Source: a bacterium
Lineage (GTDB): Bacteria > Tectomicrobia > Entotheonellia > J063 > CAVPRW01
NCBI GenBank assembly: GCA_046727435.1
Contig: JBKPCR010000213.1
Location: 1-48,255, forward strand
Length of the DNA stretch: 48,255 nt
Reading direction: 5' to 3'
Part shown: positions 18,347 through 28,882 of the stretch, one piece after another
Layout of the letters: each line of letters opens with the position of its first letter
Numbering within the stretch: position 1 is the stretch's first letter
The notes under the pieces: generated by a model
Told to the model about the DNA's origin: nothing
The model's database searches: none
The model's input: the letters and a program-made list of their open reading frames with translations, nothing else
Position numbers and translations under genes: made by a program

Positions 18347-19000
18347 TCATGGGCAGCATGGGGCCGTCGCGAGAACAAACTGCAAGTCGCGCATGCCCAC
18401 CGCGCCGCTCTCAACCATGTTCAAGCCCGCTTCGCTGAGCAGAGCGATCATGTCAGGAAGGTTGACATGACCATGGCGGTGAACGTGTGCGAAAAGGCCT
18501 CTCCTTTGCCGTGCAGAGCCTCCGAAGTCAACGGCAAGCACTCGCCCGCCCGGCTTCAGAACCCTTCGGATCTCACAGGCGCACTGTTGGCGAGCTTTAC
18601 GGGGCAAATGATGAAGCATCACCGTGGTCAGGACAGCGTCAAAATGCGCAGCGGGAAACGGCAGCGCCTCGCCAACCGCATGTTTGAGAACCACCTCGAC
18701 CCCTGCCTTTCCCGCCTTCCTACGCGCCCTGGCAATCATCTCCGGCGATGCGTCGATCCCATCTACCGTGCCTGTTGGCCCGACACACCGTTTGGCAGCG
18801 ATCGCCAGGCTTCCTGTCCCGCAGCCCACATCTAGGACGGACTCGCCAGGTTGAAGGCGAGCCAGGCGGACCACCTTCTCCCGAAAGACCCGCTCCCGAC
18901 CGAGCGTGACCAGCCAGACCAGCAGGTCATAGCGAGCGGCCGAGCGCAGGACCGAGCCAGTCGTGCTGGGCGTTCGATGCAGATCCTCCATCGTCATCAC
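18347..19000 (-). CDS. Class I SAM-dependent methyltransferase (UbiE-like)
   Basis: VLDVGCGTG, LPFPAAHFD and RVLKPGG motifs. AAGGAGG RBS. Confidence 0.92.
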   Translation of the reverse strand: MMTMEDLHRTPSTTGSVLRSAARYDLLVWLVTLGRERVFREKVVRLARLQPGESVLDVGCGTGSLAIAAKRCVGPTGTVDGIDASPEMIARARRKAGKAGVEVVLKHAVGEALPFPAAHFDAVLTTVMLHHLPRKARQQCACEIRRVLKPGGRVLAVDFGGSARQRRGLFAHVHRHGHVNLPDMIALLSEAGLNMVESGAVGMRDLQFVLATAPCCP

Positions 19001-19074
19001 CCTCCTTGGGTATGGGTACTGTGAGCGAGACCCGCCACGATGCCGGTGGAGCTGAACGCTCCACCCCCATTGAC

Positions 19075-19190
19075 GGACAATCGTATGAAAGTGGACATGT
19101 GTTCATCTTTTAGTATAGGCTTAAAACGCATCGGGTGAAGAACAGCCATGGTCAATGTGTCCGATAGTGGACAACAAACACGTGTTGTTC
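19075..19190. promoter_or_regulatory. Candidate TetR operator half-sites in the divergent intergenic region
   Basis: Repeated GGACA/GAACA and TGTCC/TGTTC half-sites, e.g. GAACA-N13-TGTCC (19140-19162) and GGACA-N12-TGTTC (19169-19190). Confidence 0.4.
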
Positions 19191-19220
19191 GTGATCTCCC
19201 CCTCGGCTTTAGAGGAGGAT

Positions 19221-19817
19221 GTGACGTTGCCGGAAAAAGGGGTGAAGGATCGGCGGATTCAAAAGACGCGAAGACTCTTGCACGAGGCGCTGTTCTCCTT
19301 GATTCACGAAAAGAACTATGACGCCATTGTCGTGAAGGAGATTCTGGATCGCGCCAACGTCGGCAGATCAACCTTTTACACGCACTTCCGCAACAAAGAC
19401 GAGTTGCTTGTCAGCGGCATACATGACATGCTTCGCTCAGTTCAATCAGTGGGGCGGCCATCCTCGGCAACGCGGTACGAAAAGATCATGTGGTTCAGCC
19501 TTCCGATCTTCGAGCACATCAGTCACTATCGGCGCGCGGGAGAGGCCAGGATCGGGACCAGAGGCCGAGCGATCATTCACGAACACCTTCAACACGTGCT
19601 CGCTGATCTGATGGCTGAGGACGTCAGGGAAGAGTTTCAACGCCGGCGGGAAAAGGTCGGCCAGGTTACACCGGATCTGTTTGTGCAGTACGTGGCCTCG
19701 ACGTTCATTCTGGTGCTGAATTGGTGGGTGGACAATCGAAGCCCGCTTCCTCCCAAGGACGTCAACGACGTGTTTCGTGCACTGATCCTGCCTACCATGG
19801 CGGCGGCCTTGGAGTAA
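19221..19817 (+). CDS. TetR/AcrR-family transcriptional regulator
   Basis: DRRIQKTR...ANVGRSTFYTHFRNKDEL HTH. GAGGAGG RBS before GTG/TTG at 19221-19227. Confidence 0.92.
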   Translation: MTLPEKGVKDRRIQKTRRLLHEALFSLIHEKNYDAIVVKEILDRANVGRSTFYTHFRNKDELLVSGIHDMLRSVQSVGRPSSATRYEKIMWFSLPIFEHISHYRRAGEARIGTRGRAIIHEHLQHVLADLMAEDVREEFQRRREKVGQVTPDLFVQYVASTFILVLNWWVDNRSPLPPKDVNDVFRALILPTMAAALE

Positions 19818-19892
19818 TGCGGAGAACGCCATTCGAAATGACCGCCTTCACGTCAGGCACGTTCAGGCTCGATGCCCGATTGGAAGGGTCTT

Positions 19893-20065
19893 TTCAGCAA
19901 CTCGGGCGCATCCCCGCGCCACCGGACCATGTTGACTGGGGCGGGTGGCGCTTTGAGGTCATGGACATGGACGGCCGCTGGACCGATAAACTGCTCATCA
20001 CCCCCGTGCCCTCATCCGCCCCGGATGGGGAGGCCGAGCCGGAGGATGCGTCACGTCCATCATAG
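19893..20065 (+). pseudogene. Isolated CorC/HlyC C-terminal fragment
   Basis: QQLGRIPAPPDHVDWGGWRFEVMDMDGRWTDKLLITP parallels the end of 6394-7722 (QQLGRVPSTTDHFSWGGFRFEVVDMDGHRVDKVLVMP). Confidence 0.78.
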
Positions 20066-20077
20066 CTCCACCGTGGT

Positions 20078-21112
20078 TCACATGGGAGCGACCTCGGGTG
20101 CCGCATGCGCATGCGCTGGTAAGCCGTCGTGGACGTGCTCGGCGATCTGATGATAGTGCGCGCCCGCCTCATCGGCGGGGTCGACGTGCACGATGACGCC
20201 GCTGAGGTAGCGCACGTGGTGGAGGAGCTGGTGGCGGACCTCCTTGGCGATGGCATGCCCCTCGGACACCGACAGTGCCGGTGCCACCGCAATACTCACT
20301 TCTGCCCGGAGGTAATGGCCCACCCAGCGGGCTTGCACCTCTGTCACCGCCTGCACCTCTGAGACGTGCGCGGCGGCATGCCGAAGCTCGTGGATGACCT
20401 CTGGGTCCACCCCATCTAACGCCCGGTGCAAGACTATCGTGCCCGACTGCCACACGAGCCACAGGATGGCTGCGGTGATGACGAGGCCGATGACGGGGTC
20501 GGCCAGTGGGTAGCCGAGCCAGACGCCTAAGGCGCCGGCCAACACCGCCAAACTGGTCCACCCATCCACCCGCGCATGATAGCCATCGGCGATGAGCGCC
20601 GCGCTGCCGATGGCTCGTCCCACCTTGATGCGAAAGATGGCCACGGCCTCGTTGCCCAGAAAGCCGACGATGGATGCCACCGCCACAGTCCCGAGATACG
20701 CTACCGGCTGGGGATGGACGAGGCGCATGACGGCTTCATAGCCTGCCAGAAGGGCGCTCAAGGCCATGATGAGCACGATCGCCATGCCGGCGAGGTCCTC
20801 AAGGCGGCCGAAGCCGTAGGTGAACCGCTCAGTGGGCCGGCGGCGGGCCAGGGCAAAGGCCACCCACAGCGGCAGCGCCGTGGCGGCATCGCCGAAATTA
20901 TGAATGGTATCGGCCAGGAGGGCCACGCTCCCCGAGAGCGCGACGACGACCAGCTGAAAGCCGGCGGTGACGAGCAAGCCCACACACGACCACTTGAGGG
21001 CCCACATGCCGCGCGCGGTGGTGACGATGGCAGGGTCGGCTATGCCATGCAGATGGCTATGGCCGGCGTGTGCGTGTGGATGGGAAGATCGGTCAGCATG
21101 CTGATGCGTCAC
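20078..21112 (-). CDS. Cation diffusion facilitator (CDF) transporter with His-rich termini
   Basis: ALLADTIHNFGD, TYGFGRLED and LIADGYHARVD motifs. AAGGAG RBS before GTG 21112. Confidence 0.92.
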   Translation of the reverse strand: MTHQHADRSSHPHAHAGHSHLHGIADPAIVTTARGMWALKWSCVGLLVTAGFQLVVVALSGSVALLADTIHNFGDAATALPLWVAFALARRRPTERFTYGFGRLEDLAGMAIVLIMALSALLAGYEAVMRLVHPQPVAYLGTVAVASIVGFLGNEAVAIFRIKVGRAIGSAALIADGYHARVDGWTSLAVLAGALGVWLGYPLADPVIGLVITAAILWLVWQSGTIVLHRALDGVDPEVIHELRHAAAHVSEVQAVTEVQARWVGHYLRAEVSIAVAPALSVSEGHAIAKEVRHQLLHHVRYLSGVIVHVDPADEAGAHYHQIAEHVHDGLPAHAHAAPEVAPM

Positions 21113-21144
21113 GACAGTTCTCCTTAGAGCCATGCCCCCGTCTC

Positions 21145-21345
21145 TTAGAAGAGCTCTTCCAGATGGCCGCCAGTGAGGAACGCTAGGAGCACTCGCACCA
21201 GTGGATGGTCCCGATACGGCCAGAGGAGGGGGATGCCCCCCCACATGACGACCACATACACAATCAGGGCAAGGACGATCAGCAGCATGCCCATTACATG
21301 GGATCGACGAAGCCAGCGCATGGCGACCTCCCTCTCTGTGCTCAT
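21145..21345 (-). CDS. Small membrane protein
   Basis: 66 aa with one long hydrophobic helix, co-oriented in the cluster. Confidence 0.5.
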   Translation of the reverse strand: MSTEREVAMRWLRRSHVMGMLLIVLALIVYVVVMWGGIPLLWPYRDHPLVRVLLAFLTGGHLEELF

Positions 21346-21482
21346 GTAGCCCTGGCTGGATTCCTGTCTCCTCTCTCCTCTACGTTACTCGAATTCTGGG
21401 GATTTCGCCACCTTCCTTGAGCACAGGCAAACGGCCAGCTTGTCGGATCCTACGGGGCGAGCCATGGCGCGCCATGACCACT

Positions 21483-22745
21483 TCACGAAGAGCGCCGGGA
21501 TGAAGGCCCAGAGGCTTCTTCCGGAGGCTTCACCCGGCGGAAGAGGCACCAGAGGGTCAGGTCGTAGGCGATCTTGACCACACCGCCCACCACGAAGGGC
21601 GCGCTGGCCGACGCGGCGCCCCACAGGGCTGTGGCGGCGACCGGGCCCGCCGCGATCCCGGTGCTACGGCTGACGCTGGTGGCGGCGGCCATGGCGCTGC
21701 GTTCCTCGGGACCCACCACGGCCATAGTGTAGGACTGGCTGGTGGGGGCGTCCATCTGGACGAAGAAGGCGCGCACCAGCCAGCAGAGCACCGCCAGCCA
21801 GGCGTCAGGCAGGAAGGGGATGGCGATCAGGAGAAGGCTAGAGGGGATGTGCGTGAACACCATGGTATTGACCAGACCGATATGGCCGGCAAGCCTAGCA
21901 GCCACCCACAGAGAGATCGCCGTCAGCACATGGGAGGCAAAAAACATCAGGCCCAGCTCTTGCGCCGAGATGCCGAAGCGGGTGAAGAACCAGTATGAGG
22001 CCAAGCTCTGGCCCAATAGGCCGGTGCCGAAGCTATCCACCGTAAAGAGGCCAGCCAGGATCACGATGCGTTTGCGGGAAGGCAGCCGTAGGGGGTTGAC
22101 CCAGCGCGCCTCGGCGGCCGCAACCTCAACGTCGGGGGAGAGTTGACTATAGAGCAACGCGGCGATCAGACTCAAGAGGACATAGCCTCCGAAGATCGCT
22201 TGAAACGAGGCGACCTGGTCGACGCCAAAGGCACGCTGGAATGTGGCGGGAAGCCCGGCGGCCAGCGCGCCCAAGGACACCGCCGCCGTGCCGACGATGC
22301 CGTAGAGAGCAAATAGCTCCGTCCTCCGTTCGGGTGGAGCCGTGGCCGGAAGGCTCGCTTGCTCAAGAGGACCCATGGCCCCGGAGGCGCCGGTCATGGC
22401 GCTGAAGCTCCCCAGGAACGCGGCCGCGGCGAGGAGTTGCAAGTTCTCCGACGTGATGAGCGCCACGCCGGTGATAGCCGACAGGAAGGCCATGACAGTG
22501 AGCAGCCGTCGGCGCCCCATCAGATCGCCGAGCAGGCCTGCCACCAGAGCCCAGAACACCGCGCCAGTGGAGCCAATGGTGAGGAAGAGCCCGATCTCGA
22601 AGAGACCAAACCCCTGGAGATCGAGGTAGATGGCGAGTAAGACCGAGGCCGCACTGTGCGCAAAGGTCCGCACGCCCCGGACCGTGATGATCAGTTTTCC
22701 GTCGCGATTAATCCAGCCAAACCGCATCTGGTCACGGCGCATCAC
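21483..22745 (-). CDS. MFS transporter (paralog 1)
   Basis: GDLMGRRR motif A. VFTHIPSS...QMDAPTSQSYTMAVV family signature. Confidence 0.9.
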   Translation of the reverse strand: MMRRDQMRFGWINRDGKLIITVRGVRTFAHSAASVLLAIYLDLQGFGLFEIGLFLTIGSTGAVFWALVAGLLGDLMGRRRLLTVMAFLSAITGVALITSENLQLLAAAAFLGSFSAMTGASGAMGPLEQASLPATAPPERRTELFALYGIVGTAAVSLGALAAGLPATFQRAFGVDQVASFQAIFGGYVLLSLIAALLYSQLSPDVEVAAAEARWVNPLRLPSRKRIVILAGLFTVDSFGTGLLGQSLASYWFFTRFGISAQELGLMFFASHVLTAISLWVAARLAGHIGLVNTMVFTHIPSSLLLIAIPFLPDAWLAVLCWLVRAFFVQMDAPTSQSYTMAVVGPEERSAMAAATSVSRSTGIAAGPVAATALWGAASASAPFVVGGVVKIAYDLTLWCLFRRVKPPEEASGPSSRRSS

Positions 22746-23053
22746 CCTGACCTCCCTCAGTCGGTCGATCCCGCTCCCAGGAGTTTGTCATAACCCTGAG
22801 TTGCAGATTCTCCCTTTCCTAGCCCCGGTGTGTAGCCCCTCAACATTCACCCAAACGCCCAATTCACGTCCTACATGCGTGGTCTGGTGACGTACGACGT
22901 GCTCTTCTTCACGCATCTCGCCACCAGCAGGGATCATGTCACGGGCGTCACGCCGCATCCTGTCGAGCACTGGATGATGCACGTGGCTCGGCACGTCACG
23001 TTGGCTGATTGAGGTGTGCTGTCCTCTAGTGGGATGAGATCTGACCGCGTCCC

Positions 23054-23848
23054 CTAGACCAGGTATCGCCGCAATTGATGGGCGGGCGTCAGATAGCGCC
23101 TGACGGCCAGCCGGACGAAGAGGAGCGAGCTCACCGCCGTGGCCGCCGCGAGCATGAACATGACGACGATCTGGTACCGGATCGCCACGAGCGGCGAGGC
23201 ACCCGCGAGGATCTGCCCCGTCATCATGCCCGGGAGCTGCACGAGGCCCACGGTCATCATCCCGTTCACCGTCGGGATCATCGCCGCCCGCAGGGATGCG
23301 CGCACCAACGGCTGCACGGCCTCGCGGCCGGAGAAGCCGAGGGCGAGCCGGGCTTCCACCTCGTCCGCACGGGCGCGGAGCTCACCTTGCAGGCGCTCGC
23401 CGGCGAGCGCGGCGCTGGTCATCGAGTTGCCGAGGATCATGCCGGCGAGCGGGATGATGTACTGCGGCTCGTACCATGGGCGCACCTGGACGACGATGGT
23501 GATCACGTAGGCGAGCGTTGCCGCCGTCGAGAGCGTCAGGGCGGTCGCCGCGATCTGGTGCCCGCCGGGAATCGGCTTCTGGAGCCGCGAGAGTGCCGCC
23601 TGCGTCGCGACGCCCGTCATCCCCATCAGGATGAGTACGACCCAGTACCATTGCGCCGCCGCGAACACCGCCGTGAGCATGAGCCCGACCCCATAGAGCT
23701 GCACAACGGTCCGGATGGAGCCGATCACGAGGTCGCGCTCGAGGCCCAGTGCCTGGCGGATCGAGACCGCAATGATCACGCCGACGAGGAGGAGGGCCAC
23801 CGCGAGCTGCCAGACCGAGAGATCGATCACACCCGCGGTGCCTATCAT
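23054..23848 (-). CDS. fetB: FetB/YbbM (UPF0014) ABC permease
   Basis: RTVVQL, PQYIIPLAGMILGNSM and GLVQLPGMMTGQILAGASPLVAIRYQI motifs. Confidence 0.9.
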   Translation of the reverse strand: MIGTAGVIDLSVWQLAVALLLVGVIIAVSIRQALGLERDLVIGSIRTVVQLYGVGLMLTAVFAAAQWYWVVLILMGMTGVATQAALSRLQKPIPGGHQIAATALTLSTAATLAYVITIVVQVRPWYEPQYIIPLAGMILGNSMTSAALAGERLQGELRARADEVEARLALGFSGREAVQPLVRASLRAAMIPTVNGMMTVGLVQLPGMMTGQILAGASPLVAIRYQIVVMFMLAAATAVSSLLFVRLAVRRYLTPAHQLRRYLV

Positions 23849-24624
23849 GCGTCGCTCCTGACGGCGGGCGGCCACTCGCCGGCCAGAAAGGCGTGAAGCC
23901 GCTCGTCCGTCACGGCATGGGACGCGTCACCCACGAGACGCTGGTACGCCTGCACCCGACCCCCCACCAAATACAGCAGCCCGCCACCAAGGCGGCGGGC
24001 GAGCTCTGGCTGATGCGTCACCGCAATAATGCTGAGACCCCGCTCCTCCCGCAACCGGGCGATCGTCTCCACGACCCGCGTCACGTTGGGCGGATCAAGC
24101 GCCGAAGTCGGCTCGTCGAGGAGGAGGGCTTGCGGGTCGCGGAGGAGCGCCCGGGCGATCGTCACGCGCTGCTTCTCACCGCCGGACAGGGTGGCAGCGT
24201 CGCGGTCGAGAACGTCCGGGTCGAGGCCGACGTCGGCGAGGCCAGCGCCCAGCCGGGCGTCGGAGAAGTCGCCCGGGGTGTCGGCGGGCCGGAGACGCAG
24301 GTTGTCCCGCACCGTGCCCTCAAAGAGCACGGGCGTCTGCATGACGAGCGCGGCCCGGCATCGCAGCTCACGGGGGTCGAGGGATCGGATGTCGCGGCCG
24401 TCGAAGCGCACCGTGCCCGCCGTCGGCTCCACAAGGCGGTTGAGACAGCGGAGCAGGGTCGATTTCCCCGACCCCGACGGGCCCACCAGCGTGAGCGCGC
24501 CGCCGCGCTCCACGGCCACCGACACGTCCTGCAAGATCGGCACCGCCGAATGCCTTCGGCGCGTCGGGTACGCCAGGGACAGATGGTCCACCTCAACGAT
24601 CGGATCGCTGCTGTCCCATCCCAT
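23845..24624 (-). CDS. fetA: FetA/YbbL-type ABC ATPase
   Basis: GPSGSGKS, LSGGEKQR and LLLDEPTSALD motifs. ATGA overlap with fetB. Start approximate. Confidence 0.85.
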   Translation of the reverse strand: MGWDSSDPIVEVDHLSLAYPTRRRHSAVPILQDVSVAVERGGALTLVGPSGSGKSTLLRCLNRLVEPTAGTVRFDGRDIRSLDPRELRCRAALVMQTPVLFEGTVRDNLRLRPADTPGDFSDARLGAGLADVGLDPDVLDRDAATLSGGEKQRVTIARALLRDPQALLLDEPTSALDPPNVTRVVETIARLREERGLSIIAVTHQPELARRLGGGLLYLVGGRVQAYQRLVGDASHAVTDERLHAFLAGEWPPAVRSDA

Positions 24625-25007
24625 ACGGCTCACCTGCACACCGCGAGACCGCGCGTCCCACGCCTGGTGCGCGACTCCGGGTCCTGTTCCATACATCGGG
24701 CACACCCCTCGGTGTCACCCAGCATTACATGGGCCCCGACTATTTCACCAGGGCATCGAAGACCGCATCGATTAAGTCGACCACACTGGGTAAGGAAGGG
24801 TCCTCACGGTGATCACGTCGGCCGTATGCCGGCGGATGATCCCGCCCTCAGGGGGACGCTCACCGCACGCCTATGGCAGTCAGTGCACCTCTGCCATCAG
24901 GCGAACCCGGACAGCCCGCAGCGCTCCCTGTGGACGGCCTACCGTACCCATAGTGTAGCGGAGCGCTCCTCAGCGGGGGTGTGGGGGGGCATACCCCTGA
25001 CTCCGAC

Positions 25008-26870
25008 CTACGGCCTGAAGGATCTCCCATCGGTCTGCCAGTCCCAACCCGCCGCTTCCAGCTCCAGCAGGGCGGCAAACCGTCCGCCTCGGCTGATGAG
25101 CTCCTCTGGCGGACCCTCTTCCACGATCTGACCCGCCTCCATGACCAGGACCCGATCGGCTTCTTGTGCCGTGGCCAGGCGATGGGCCACGGTGAGCACG
25201 GCGCGGCCACTGCCAATGACTGCCTCGCGGATGGCACCTCGAACGGCGGCCTCGCTGGCACTATCGATCGCGGCCGTGGCCTCATCCAGCAAGAGCACGG
25301 CCGGGTCCCACACCAGGGCCCGGGTGAGGGCGAGCAACTGACGCTGTCCAGCCGAGAGTTGCACACCGCTGCCCAACGGCGTGTCATACCCCTGCGGCAA
25401 CGCCTGGATGAAGGCGTCCGCCCCTGCGATGGCCGCGGCCCGCTGCACGGCCTCTCGGGGCACCGCCCCATCACCCAACGTGAGATTGTCGAACACCGTC
25501 CCGCGGAACAGTTGCACCACCTGTTGGACTACCCCCATCGCACGCCGGCGCTCGTCGTCGGTTAACGATGTGGGGTCGGCGCCAGCCACCCGGACGGTCC
25601 CGCTCCACGGGGCGTAGAGTCCGCCCAGCAGGTGCAAGACGCTGCTCTTCCCGGCGCCCGTCCGTCCCACCAAGACGATATGCTCCTCCGGCTGCACCGC
25701 CAACGACACGCCACGCAGCACGGGGCGGTTGGACAGGTAGCCAAAGCTCACCTCTCGCATCTTGATGGTGGCGCGGCTTCGGGATGGAGGCTGGTGCTGG
25801 CTCCTGGGCGCACGCTCCGCGGACGGCAGCGCCAGCACCTGGAAGATGCGCTCCAGCCCCGCCAGGGCGGCCTGGACGGTCTGCCACTCGTTGCCCAGGG
25901 TCATGATCGGGACAAAAAAGCGTTGCAAGAGCAGGACAAAGGCGGTGAGCGTGCCCAGCGAGATGTTCAGGGACGCCAGCAGGTCCTGGCCCGCCACCCC
26001 GACCCAGAGCACGAGGGCCATCGCCAGAGCCGACACGATCACCATCAGGGGGATGTAGAGGGCGGAGAACACGGTGGCGCGATTGTAGGCGGCCACGCCG
26101 TCGCGGAGTGCCGCTCGGAAGCGGGCGATAAAGGCGGCCTCGCCGCCGAGCGCACGAATCACCTCCACACCACCCAGCGTCTCCTGGAGGTGGGTATTTT
26201 GCAGACCGACCGCCTGGCGGCTGGCGCGTTCGGCATCGCGAACACGCACCTGGAACGCTCGGGTCACCAGCACCACCGGCACCACCGGCAGCGCCGCCAC
26301 CAGCGACAGCAGCGGGCTGAGGGCCACCATGGCCGCGGCCATGGTGGCCAGGCGGACCACACCCAGCAGGACCGTGGCCCCGCTCGTTCCACTGGCGACA
26401 CCCCCTGAGGAGGCCACTGCCCCGGCCACTGCGGTCGTGAAGAGCGTCGACACGGTTTCCACATCCGCGGTGCAGCGGCTGATGGTATCCCCCAGGGGGG
26501 TGCGGTCATAATAACTCATGGGTAATGTGAGCAGGTGGCTGAAGAGCTGCACCCGCAGTCGTCGCAGCACACCCTGCGCAATGGTGGCCGTGAGATACTC
26601 GGTGAGAAACCCCATCACCTGCACGGCCGCCGTGGCCCCCAGGTACAGGGCCGCGATGGCGAGCAAGCCCTCGGACCGGCCGTGGGCCAGCGGCCCATCG
26701 ATGATCTTCTGCACTAGGAGCGGCGGAGCCAACTCCAACACCGCGCCCAGGAGCACCGAGACGCCTACCAGGGCGAGCCACCAGCGCCAGGGCTTGAGCA
26801 TGGCCCACAGCTGGCTGAGGGTCAGCCCACCGTGCTGTGGGGTTGCGGCAGAGGCGTGCGTGTGGGTCAT
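25008..26870 (-). CDS. ABC exporter TMD-NBD subunit (MdlB/TM288-like)
   Basis: TMD plus GRTGAGKS, LSAGQRQL, LLLDE and AHRL. Confidence 0.9.
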   Translation of the reverse strand: MTHTHASAATPQHGGLTLSQLWAMLKPWRWWLALVGVSVLLGAVLELAPPLLVQKIIDGPLAHGRSEGLLAIAALYLGATAAVQVMGFLTEYLTATIAQGVLRRLRVQLFSHLLTLPMSYYDRTPLGDTISRCTADVETVSTLFTTAVAGAVASSGGVASGTSGATVLLGVVRLATMAAAMVALSPLLSLVAALPVVPVVLVTRAFQVRVRDAERASRQAVGLQNTHLQETLGGVEVIRALGGEAAFIARFRAALRDGVAAYNRATVFSALYIPLMVIVSALAMALVLWVGVAGQDLLASLNISLGTLTAFVLLLQRFFVPIMTLGNEWQTVQAALAGLERIFQVLALPSAERAPRSQHQPPSRSRATIKMREVSFGYLSNRPVLRGVSLAVQPEEHIVLVGRTGAGKSSVLHLLGGLYAPWSGTVRVAGADPTSLTDDERRRAMGVVQQVVQLFRGTVFDNLTLGDGAVPREAVQRAAAIAGADAFIQALPQGYDTPLGSGVQLSAGQRQLLALTRALVWDPAVLLLDEATAAIDSASEAAVRGAIREAVIGSGRAVLTVAHRLATAQEADRVLVMEAGQIVEEGPPEELISRGGRFAALLELEAAGWDWQTDGRSFRP

Positions 26871-26891
26871 CGGGTGTCCCCCTGCGTCACA

Positions 26892-28808
26892 TTACGTTGC
26901 GCTGACCAGACGCTGCGCCCGGTAGATGCGGGCGTACAGCCCATGGCCGGCGCTGAGCTCGGCGTGGGTTCCTTGCTCGAGCACGCGGCCATGGTCCAGC
27001 ACCACCACCAGATCGGCCTGGGGAAATGCCGACAGTCGGTGCGAGCACAGCACGATCGTGCACCGCTGTGCGTACGGCTGCGACGGCCCGAAGAGCTGTC
27101 GCAAGGCCGCGACGATCTTGGCTTCCGTGTCCAGGTCCAGGGCCGAGAATGGATCATCCAGGACCAGCAGCCCTGGAGCCCGTGGGCCGGAGGCCGCCAT
27201 CGCCCGGGCCAGGGCAATGCGCTGGCGCTGGCCGCCGGACACGCGGATGCCCCGTTCGCCAATTTCCGTCTCCAGGCCTGCCGAAAAGGTGCGCAGGTCT
27301 GCACTCAGGGCGGCGCAGGACATGGCCCATTCTGGGACCTGGCCATCTCTCGTGCCATCGCGGGCGTGGTCCTGAGTCTGACGCAGGGTGACCGAGCCCA
27401 GCAAGATGTTGTCGCGGACGGTGCCTGAAAAGAGGAAAGGGTCCTGGGCTAAATATCCCGTACGGGCGGCACGCTCGGCCACCGGAATGTCGTCCAGGGG
27501 ACGGCCATCCAACAGCACCTGGCCCGATTCTAAGGGATACAGGCCCAGCAGGGCCCTGGCCAGCGCGCTTTTACCTGAGCCCACGGGCCCCGTGACCGCG
27601 ACCAGGGCACCAGCGGGAATATCCAGCCAGATGTCGTGCAACGCTGGAGCGGTAGCGGTCGAGTATCGGAAGGTCACGCCGTGCAAGGAAACCGCCACCG
27701 GTCCGATGGACACGCTGGGCGGTTCAGGCATCGGCTCCTGCATCCCGGCGATATGGCCGGCACGGAAGGAGGCCCAAGGTGGCTCGCTGGAGAGCAGTAA
27801 GGGGCGAGCCAGGAGTGGACGGAGCCGCGCGTAGGCGGCGGCGCCGCCCTGGATGGAGTTGATCATCTGAGGCACCCGAAAGCCCCGGTTGACGAAGCGG
27901 AGATAGAGCTCCAGGTAGGCGATGAAGGCCCCCAGTGTCATGGCGCCGCTGACGACCTTCTCACCCCCTTGCCAGACCACCAGCAGGACGCCAGCGCTCA
28001 TCAGCGTGGTATAGACCGGCCGGAGTCCGCTGCGCAGCCGCACCAGGGCCAGGTTGGCGCCTGCTTGCTCTTCCGAAAGCATGTCGACACGCTCGACGGC
28101 GGCTCCCGTGCGACCAAACAGCCGAAGCACACGGAGACCGGCCAACTGCTCCTGGAGCGCCGTGGTCAGGGACGCGTTGGCTTGGCGGGAGGCCGTGGTG
28201 CGATCGGCGACCCACCGACCCGTCACCTTGGCCAGCAACATGGCCACGGGCACCGGCAGCAAGGCCAGCACAGTCAAGGGTAGGTCGTAGACCAGCATGG
28301 CCACCACGAGCGAGAGGGAAAACAGGACAGTGTCCCAGGTCTCGATGGTAAACTCGCGTAGGCCCACGCCCAGCACCTCGACGTCGCCGATAATGCGCGC
28401 CATCACGTCGCCCACAGGGGTGCGGTCGATCCGTGCCATCGGCCAGGCGATGACGCCGCGTAACGCATCCCCCCGGACATTGGCACGGATACGGCCGTTG
28501 GCCGTCATCAGCCACCAGCGCTTGGCGATACGGGGAACTTCGGTGAGTAGCGTGCCGCCAAAGAAGGCCAGGGCAGCCCAGCCCACCGTGCCTGGGCCCA
28601 CGTCACCCCGTTCAAACGCCAGAGCTGCATTGATCACCTGGCCTAGCAGGATCGCAGGCAGCACCACGGCGGTGTTCATGATGATTCCGGTAATAGAGCC
28701 GAGCACAAGCTGCCCTGCTACTTGCCGGAAGTATGGGCGCATCTCCCAGAGATAATAACTCATTAATGACAGATCCTCCCCCGATGTTTCGTCTTCCTCC
28801 GACTGCAC
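26892..28808 (-). CDS. ABC exporter TMD-NBD subunit (MdlA/TM287-like)
   Basis: GPVGSGKS, VSGGQRQR and a degenerate Walker B (LVLDD), consistent with a heterodimeric exporter with one degenerate site. Confidence 0.9.
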   Translation of the reverse strand: MQSEEDETSGEDLSLMSYYLWEMRPYFRQVAGQLVLGSITGIIMNTAVVLPAILLGQVINAALAFERGDVGPGTVGWAALAFFGGTLLTEVPRIAKRWWLMTANGRIRANVRGDALRGVIAWPMARIDRTPVGDVMARIIGDVEVLGVGLREFTIETWDTVLFSLSLVVAMLVYDLPLTVLALLPVPVAMLLAKVTGRWVADRTTASRQANASLTTALQEQLAGLRVLRLFGRTGAAVERVDMLSEEQAGANLALVRLRSGLRPVYTTLMSAGVLLVVWQGGEKVVSGAMTLGAFIAYLELYLRFVNRGFRVPQMINSIQGGAAAYARLRPLLARPLLLSSEPPWASFRAGHIAGMQEPMPEPPSVSIGPVAVSLHGVTFRYSTATAPALHDIWLDIPAGALVAVTGPVGSGKSALARALLGLYPLESGQVLLDGRPLDDIPVAERAARTGYLAQDPFLFSGTVRDNILLGSVTLRQTQDHARDGTRDGQVPEWAMSCAALSADLRTFSAGLETEIGERGIRVSGGQRQRIALARAMAASGPRAPGLLVLDDPFSALDLDTEAKIVAALRQLFGPSQPYAQRCTIVLCSHRLSAFPQADLVVVLDHGRVLEQGTHAELSAGHGLYARIYRAQRLVSAT

Positions 28809-28882
28809 AGGCGTGTTACTGCTCTCACATTCCCAAGCAGCCTCCTACCAGACCAGCCGTGACACGCACAGGGCTTTTTTCC